DNA of 64,000 nucleotides, taken from NCBI GenBank assembly GCA_951406725.2, contig OX597824.1, forward strand, positions 13,516,001 through 13,580,000. Reading direction: 5' to 3'. The position numbers and the translations under genes are program-made. The notes below the pieces were generated by a model. It ran no database searches and was not told the origin of the DNA. It worked only from the letters and a program-made list of their open reading frames with translations. This document shows positions 57,048-64,000 of the stretch, piece after piece. How positions within the stretch are numbered: position 1 is the first letter of the stretch; each line of letters begins with the position of its first letter. Source of the DNA: Octopus vulgaris. Taxonomy: Eukaryota.

Positions 57048-57515
57048 GTATATGTATATATTTGTATGAATATATATGTATATAGTTATATATGTTTAAA
57101 AATATATATGTATCTGTATATATATGTGTATGTGTGTGTGTGTATGTGTGTGTGTGCGTGTATGTAAGCATGTATTTAAAAATGCACGAAACAAATAAAT
57201 TATCTACATCTCTCTCAAACTATACAACGCATTTCAATTTTCTATAGTGCGATTTACTTATGCTGTCAGGGAAGGGAAAACAAAATTGAAATAAAAATTC
57301 TTTCGTGATATTAGTCACGCGCTAATCTTACATAATTCACATGCTGAATTACGATAATGTAATGCGGTTACGATTTAATGTATATATATATATACATATA
57401 ATTATTATTTGAGGAAATAAAATCCGAACTTACAAGGAAAAAAATTATATAAAACATATACACTGTGTATGTGCGTCGATAATGTTTACAAAACTAGCTC
57501 TACTTTTGCTTCATA

Positions 57516-57564
<49 letters not shown>

Positions 57565-58251
57565 TCCTGTAACACCTCGTAGATTTATCAACATATGGGT
57601 CTTTGTGTGCAAAAGGGAGACACGAGAGGAGACGAGAGCAAAAAACTATAAGACCTATACATGATGTATCCTCTTGAGCTAGTAAAATTATTTTCGCTTT
57701 GTGGAAAGGTAAATATACGAACACCTAGCAGTGATTGGAACCAACTCCGAATTGAAGGAGGAGATAATCTCGAGTAATCAAGAATTCGCATGAATAAGCA
57801 ATTAAGAAGCAGGTGTGGAACATTACTTCTCGCTCAAATAATATTTTCAGCACAACCATGTTCTTCCTTGAAGCCAGCCAATTATAAGATATTTACACAT
57901 TCCTCAAATAAAGTGTAAATTGCTTACAGCATAAACGCTGTTGTCCCTGCTTTCTTTGTGAGCAAAACTTTTTAAACGTTGACTGAGGCAGATGTTCAAG
58001 TTAGTCAAGTCTAAGACAAATGAACTCATGTATTTGAATTTTGTTTGACTATTTACCTACTCATCTACTTACCTACCTCTTTGTATGTCTATCAACGAAT
58101 TGGTCTATATACTATCTCCCCCTCCCTCTAGGCATCTCCCTCTCTCCCTGCATCTCTGTCTGTCTTTCTCTCTCTCTCTGTCACTCTCTCTATATATTTC
58201 CCTTTTGGATTTGGTTGGCAAGATTCTTTATGTGAGTTCGTGCGTTGAAGC

Positions 58252-58409
58252 ATATTTTGTTGTGCCTGGGGCGAGTCATTTTCTTTTAGTGCCTTATTAC
58301 TTAAGACACTCACCGGTAAAGTAAATAACTGAGTGGAAACTTTACCGGTGCGTGTGTTAAATAATAAGGCACTAACAGAAAATGGCTCTACCCAGGCACA
58401 ACAAAATAT
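58252..58409. repeat. Imperfect inverted repeat of about 70 bp with 16-nt loop
   Basis: 58252-58322 versus 58339-58409 (atattttgttgtgcctggg...caccggtaaagt / actttaccggtg...cccaggcacaacaaaatat). Confidence 0.88.
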
Positions 58410-58419
58410 ATATATATTA

Positions 58420-58940
58420 ACTAATTGGAAGTGTTATCATGTTCATTGATTTCTCTTGGTATAAAAGACGGGCTACAGCAAATACTCTGCTCAATACCAC
58501 AGATTTGCTCCTCAGTTGTTTGACCTTTACCAGTTGAACAAGTTCCTTGGTGGTTGACGATATATGCATCTCGGATCACGACCCGAAGTAGTGTGGGAGC
58601 ATCATAGCCATGTGTTGGGAGAAATTCTTGGGGGTTTGAATAATTTACCTCTGGAAACAAGGGTGTTTCGTTCAACATTCTGAAAAAAACCCTATTCAGG
58701 GACCTTTTGAGCAGGATGGACTATTCAGACTGAAGAAATTCCTAGCTGGGCCCTACCTGCAAGGTAATGCGCTGTTTATCTTGATATGTGATCACCATGT
58801 TGTGCACATATGGTTGTGATGCCTGTGCTTCGTGTACCCTTATCAAACGGGTAGTCATGATGGGTATACTGGGCTTCGTATATTTTACCCCAGTGTCCCT
58901 TTGATGGCATGCGCTGCTCTTTCACTCAATAATAATAATG
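58420..58940 (+). repeat. Probable interspersed repeat (non-LTR retroelement 3' portion ending in (AAT)n)
   Basis: Higher-GC non-coding block between TA tracts, ending cactc-aataataataat. Only one copy here, so the class is inferred. Confidence 0.4.
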
Positions 58941-58958
58941 AAAATAATTTTAATCTTT

Positions 58959-58962
58959 ATAT

Positions 58963-59040
<78 letters not shown>

Positions 59041-59249
59041 ATGTATGTATATATATATATATATGTATGTATATATATATATATGTATGTATATATATAT
59101 ATATATATGTATGTATATATATATATATATATATGTATGTATATATATATATATGTATGTATATATATATATATATATATGTATGTATATATATATATAT
59201 ATGTATGTATATATATATATATATGTATGTATATATATATATATATATG

Positions 59250-59327
<78 letters not shown>
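58959..59327. repeat. (TA)n with periodic TGTATG interruptions
   Basis: Direct inspection. Confidence 0.92.
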
Positions 59328-59329
<2 letters not shown>

Positions 59330-59845
59330 ATTCTACATTTAAATTTCCCTACATCATGAGGTGAAAAATGTTAGATTTTTATCGCTGCACACTGAATAGA
59401 GAAACCGGATCTATTGCATGTTTATTTGCCAAAGCTATGAAGTAACCCCAAGCCTCAGATGTCGGACTTGTAACACCATACCTTCCCCACTTTAATTTTC
59501 TGAGCCTATATTCTGTCTGTAAGTTTGCTGTGTCAATATATATTTATACTTGAATACTCATCGTCTAAAAGATATCTGCCTTTCCTTTCTGTTTACATGC
59601 ATACATGTGTACATATCTATATACATATTTTGTACATCTCACCCAAACCGTCTTATTTGTTTATTTGCATCATTGTTTCCACATCTGCTCACCTGGATTC
59701 CCCTTCTAGCCACACCGTGGCACTTGGTCCTCGATGAACGTTTGGGAATGTATGTTCAAATTATTTGAGCGCTACGAAGTTTTTTTCTATATTGAGAATC
59801 TCTGGAAGTGTACACGTATTAATATTCTTGCTACTTTCATTTCAG

Positions 59846-59880
59846 AATTCGTGAAGATGATAAAGAAACAACAAAAGTAA
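59846..59880 (+). CDS. Squidulin-like protein, terminal coding exon
   Basis: Acceptor ctactttcatttcAG at 59845. AA TTC GTG AAG ATG ATA AAG AAA CAA CAA AAG TAA gives (E)FVKMIKKQQK*, completing the final helix YEEFVKM at the conserved last-intron position of calmodulin genes. Confidence 0.9.
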
Positions 59881-60271
59881 AATATTTGTGCTGAATCTCT
59901 TGCCCCGCTTCTGCAGTACGAAAATAAAATATTAAAAAACAATGTCAACGGGAGACTGCACCCACAGCTATCTGTTCGTCACTGTTTGTTCGAAGGGAAT
60001 GAAAAAAGGCCTCTCGTCTGCCTTCACCTCACCAACCCCTACTGCACCAAATATTCTGACTAAATTTATTAAAAAAATAAAATAATCGTTTGTTCCATAT
60101 TCAACTACCATATCGTTCTTCGGTTTCTTAATTATTCTTTACAATCATTCCAAACTTCGTCTTACTATAACACATATCTATCTACCTATCTACTTACCTA
60201 CTTATCTACCTAAATAGCTACATATCTACTTCAATACAGCTACTACTACTACTACTACAACTCTATACTAT

Positions 60272-60309
<38 letters not shown>

Positions 60310-60530
60310 TTACTACTACTACTACTACTACTCTATAGATATTTCACGGTAATATTTCAAAATGATCTTTTTGTTTCAATTTCACCATTGTCATTGTTGT
60401 TATAAACGGTAAAGAAGAGAATAAATAAATAAATAAATAAAAGAAAAGAAAAAATAAATACAGTTAAACCCATTTTTGGTAAAATTCTTGATATTATAAC
60501 CAATGTTATAACCCTTACCAGCAATAAAAT
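59881..60530 (+). other. Putative 3' UTR of the squidulin-like gene with several AATAAA candidates
   Basis: Follows the stop codon. AATAAA motifs near 59923, 60076, 60420-60458 and 60523; contains a (TAC)n tract at about 60241-60332. The true 3' end cannot be fixed from sequence. Confidence 0.45.
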
Positions 60531-60975
60531 ATTGTAAATATTTTACCAAAAGTTTCCAAGGTGATTCAAGTTTTTTTTTCCCCGATTCCTATGATGTATT
60601 TCATGTTTTTAAGAAAAATATCACATTTGTCTTCTCCTTCAAAATATTTGCTAATATTTAGAAAAACCACTCACGAGATCTCCTGGCAAATATACGTCAT
60701 ATATATATATGTATATATATATATATAATATACATACATATATATATATATTTATATATATAGTATACATACATATATATATATATGTATATATATATAT
60801 GTATATATATAATATACATATATATATATATAATATACATACATATATACATATGTATATACATATATATATATATAATATACATACATATATACATATG
60901 TATATATATATATATATATATAAGCATGAATACCCATATGTATATATATATATAAGCATGAATACCTATATGTAT

Positions 60976-61006
<31 letters not shown>

Positions 61007-61634
61007 ATGTTTGTGCTTGTATATATGTATATGTGTATACGCAATATATGAATGTGTTGAGATTTGAACTTAATATTTGCAGTTGGTAGATTTCTATTTA
61101 TATCACCTAAAATGTTGTCATCTGTCATTATGTAGTCGAATGTAATATAGGATGTTATTTTAAAGAAATAATGTTCTATCAAAACAATAAACAAAATGGA
61201 CCCCTTACCCTGGAGGCAGGAAATAATCGTTGTCGTATCAAAAAGAATTTGCTACAACCTATATCTCGTGTTTTTTTTTTCTTGAAATACAAGTGAACAA
61301 TGCAAGAATGCATTGAAATCCCTGCAAGCTTCGAGTTAAACGGACAAGATATGTCTTATTGAGTAAGTGTCTAAGTGTCTTTTCATCAACGCATAGGTGT
61401 CTTAATTCATTTCGTAGAATTGTATGAAAGTATTTAGGCCTCTCATGGCAATGCCGATTGCAATGTCTACCATTGTAATAAAAAAACAGTTCTTGCTATG
61501 AGATTCTTACATATAAGCAGATGTACACACAGACGCATGTATACACATCCAAGTCTGCATAGAAATATAAACGCATACGCTCACTTGTAAAAAGCAGTTT
61601 TATTCCTCAATCATGTGTGTGTATGTGTGTGTGT

Positions 61635-61681
<47 letters not shown>

Positions 61682-62338
61682 ATGTGAAATACTCATTTAC
61701 GTAACATCCGTCATCATGACAATGTATCGCTATCAAAAATTGGTGTAGTCGAAATAAATGAAAGGATCATTAGAATAGACAATATAAATGTATGTAAAAA
61801 CGCACCCAAACAAACATACACACACGCACAGACACACACCCATTCATATACACACACAAGCAGACAGACTTACATACGCACACACTCACACACAGACATG
61901 CTCACATGCATACACACGAAATTACACCTATGCACATACACGCACAAGCAAACAATGCAGGCTATATAATTAAAGATATGTAAAAGACAGACACCATCGT
62001 GAAATTCTTAATCGTATATACGTATACACACACACACACGCACACTCATACACACACGCATATATATATCTACATACATACATACACATATATATATAAT
62101 ATATATATATATAATATATATATATATAATATATATATATATATATAATATAATATGTATATACATAATATATAATATTAATATATATATACATAATATA
62201 TAATATTATATATATATAATAATATATATATGTATAATATATACATATATATATACATATATATATATATACATAGATATCCGTGTACATCTATGGGCGA
62301 GTGTGCATGCAGATGCGACGCGTACACACACACACACG

Positions 62339-62373
<35 letters not shown>

Positions 62374-62386
62374 GCATATATATGCT

Positions 62387-62434
<48 letters not shown>

Positions 62435-64000
62435 TAAAATCTTTGCATGTGTTTCCATTTAGTTATGAGAATGCTTTGGAATAATATCTCGAGTCGTGGA
62501 ATAATTCCTGATTGACTATTCCAAATGTAAAACAGAATAATGACTGTGGTGAATATGTGTGTAATTATGAAAGAGGAATGAAACGTTAACACCTGACATC
62601 AAATCAATCGTGGACTTATAAATGACCTTTTTTACAGCACCTATCACCTTGATACATTTATTTGATCATTTTGTATAAAATTTATACAATTCACATGGGG
62701 CATTTCCGGCACAATTTCTTATTTTCACCATTACATAATGGTTTTATACACAGGTTATCTCTTTCCTTTAATTATATAATGCTTCATATGTTTTGATGTA
62801 ATCGTAATATTAATAGTAAAAATAACGACAATAATAGTATAAAAAAAAAATACAAATTTATCCAAACACACAGAAAGACACACACATATTTACAAACACA
62901 CACGTGTGTTTGTATGTATGTATGTATGTATGTATGTATGTATATATCTTATAGTCAAGTTTTTCATGTGATAGCACTAGTGTTGCGATATATTTGCATA
63001 TAATATTCTTTTTAAATCTAATGCAAATCCTGCTGCTTTTGACACTTATTTCAGTATTATTATTATTTTTATTATTATTATTATTATTATTTTCGTGGTG
63101 TAGTCGCAATATTTCACGTTACTAGAAACACACCTGTTTCACGCAACATCCCAAAAATGGCTACATGTTACGTAATATGTATGTATTACAAACATCCACA
63201 TACACACACACATATATATGTATATACACACAAAGGGTGTTATATAATTATATCTGAATGTATATGTAAATATATATATATATATATATACATACAGACA
63301 TATGCGTATATATGTATGTGGGTATATGTATATATGTATGTGTATGTATATATATATATAGATATATATATATACATATATGTCTATATATATATATATA
63401 TACAGACATACATATATATATATATATATAGATATATACACATATATATATAGACATATACTATATATGCATACATATATAATTCATGTATATATATATA
63501 TGTTCCAACATAGTATATAAACACACAATTACATCATTGTTGTGCATTAGACAAATCATACAAGGGATCGAATGCGTTTCTAGCTTACTCGAAAATTATT
63601 TCGTTTATGAGATATTGTGAGATACTTAAGAACGAAAATCAAATACAAAAAATATAATTGGTAGTGAATCTCAGAAGGAGAAATTATTTCAATCAATTAT
63701 GGATTTATTTGTGGTATGGTTAACTTACATACTTTTGAAATCTGATATATCTTAGCTGTGAACTTTTTTCTGTAAAGAAGCTTTAAATCTTTGGTCCCAC
63801 AGATCTGTAAAACTTTATGATGTAAATTTTTTACTTACATCATTATTTTGATTTCTTGATATCACTTCCCTTTATTTTGTCAGTCAATAACAACTGCCGC
63901 TAGGAATCCCATTTCTTCATTCAATTCAAAAGGAATAAAGGAATATGTTAGTTAATCGAATATGTAATGAGGATGTTATTCGCTCCATTACACTTACGTT

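Overview
AT-rich, microsatellite-dense eukaryotic DNA whose repeat families and one gene point to a coleoid cephalopod, most likely Octopus (inference). Most of the window is the intron space of one + strand calmodulin-like EF-hand gene that closely resembles squid squidulin (optic-lobe calcium-binding protein). Three coding exons are readable: 12586-12729, 52038-52283 and 59846-59880 (stop). They are separated by introns of 39,308 and 7,562 bp; the N-terminal exon(s) were not located. The introns hold truncated LINEs (RTE, Expander/Rex3-like, CR1/L2-like, degenerate Penelope-like), many tRNA-derived SINEs with shuffled head and tail modules, hAT and mariner MITEs, Helitron-type elements, a Chapaev-like transposase relic and long (TA)n tracts. 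The most unusual signal is a set of small, mostly (TA)n-associated elements carrying minimal type-I hammerhead-ribozyme motifs, several of them fold-back. One near-canonical copy lies in sense orientation about 500 bp downstream of the 246-nt exon, next to its own antisense arm. Nearly all ORFs in the supplied track are microsatellite or SINE artefacts. Repeat boundaries were read by eye and are approximate.
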